This document shows positions 47,527 to 47,934 of a DNA stretch of 47,934 bases, piece after piece. The first letter of the stretch is position 1. Each line of letters begins with the position of its first letter. Location of the stretch: contig CAZTHK010000026.1 of assembly GCA_964613215.1 (NCBI GenBank), positions 1-47,934 of the forward strand. The letters are read 5' to 3'. The translations under genes were made by a program, and so were the position numbers. The notes beneath the pieces are model-generated. The model was not told where the DNA came from and did not search any database. It worked only from the letters and a program-made list of their open reading frames with translations. The stretch comes from an uncultured bacterium. Its GTDB lineage: Bacteria > Krumholzibacteriota > Krumholzibacteriia > Krumholzibacteriales > CAZTHK01.

Positions 47527-47805
47527 ATTATATGCTCACGGTCTTATCCCTTTACGGTCGGATGCAATTCCACCTGCGCCAAGCATTTTCCCTCCCGGCT
47601 CTCATACCTGAGAATACATCTCCTCACTTCTTAAGACAGACTCAATTTAATACAAGAACAAAATGATTCGGCCGGGCTGAATCTGTTAGAGATTTAATAT
47701 TCTGATTGGGATAACCGCTATTTTATAACTTTAAAATTAGCATTGAACCGGAAGAATTCCCGGAGCATCCTGATAAACATCCAGCAGAAATATAAGCTCC
47801 GGGTT

Positions 47806-47842
47806 TCTTAAAAATGGGCCGGGGATCCAACATCCCCGGCCC
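47806..47842 (-). terminator. Rho-independent terminator for a minus-strand transcript entering from the right edge of the window
   Basis: Perfect 10-bp GC-rich stem GGGCCGGGGA / TCCCCGGCCC with a 7-nt loop, followed on the minus strand by ATTTTTAAG. Confidence 0.5.
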
Positions 47843-47934
47843 CCATCTAACCGGTTATACCGTAAAAGAGGTAAGTGCGCTCGTAGAGTAGGATTCAGGC
47901 GCCGTTGCTACAGGTTCCGGGTGGCAATTCCCGC

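Overview
This ~48 kb window looks like a moderately GC-rich segment from an environmental or uncultivated bacterium. Genes are densely packed, with canonical AGGAGG-type ribosome-binding sites and many 4-nt ATGA/GTGA start/stop overlaps. I can support about 36 protein-coding genes, and I see no rRNA, tRNA, CRISPR array, transposase or integrase. From left to right, on the window coordinates: (1) housekeeping and stress genes: a partial PolX DNA polymerase, UspA, a secreted S9 peptidase, a Tat-exported aldo-keto reductase with an Fe-S tail, a lipoprotein and a cytoplasmic PAS histidine kinase; (2) an unusual minus-strand trio of a SAM methyltransferase, a PaaK-like adenylate-forming ligase carrying a C-terminal PanD-like (aspartate decarboxylase) domain, and a stand-alone PanD paralog; (3) an outer-membrane beta-barrel protein; (4) a translationally coupled four-gene operon, an SPFH/band-7 protein with C-terminal zinc ribbons followed by three paralogous zinc-ribbon membrane proteins; (5) a GAF-PP2C phosphatase and MscS; (6) a plus-strand glycoconjugate synthesis and modification locus: Wzx-like flippase, sulfotransferase, two AsnB-type amidotransferase homologs (one without the glutaminase domain), a cytidylyltransferase plus CDP-alcohol phosphotransferase pair, a GT4 glycosyltransferase, a patatin-like lipase, a PAP2 phosphatase, an exported SagB/nitroreductase-fold protein, a GT39-TPR protein, a large propeller-type hybrid histidine kinase and a second GT39/ArnT-like protein; (7) a minus-strand operon with a divergent PurF-like amidophosphoribosyltransferase (Ser in place of the Cys1 nucleophile), def, asnA, a second S9 peptidase and the GT39 gene; (8) an M29 aminopeptidase and adenylate kinase. 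The most unusual items are the ligase-PanD fusion with its adjacent PanD paralog, the SPFH/zinc-ribbon operon, the divergent PurF-like gene with tandem GGTTTCAG-N-GAAACC operator-like repeats, and the enzyme mix in the glycan locus. All calls come from reading the translated ORFs and raw sequence by eye. No database searches were run.
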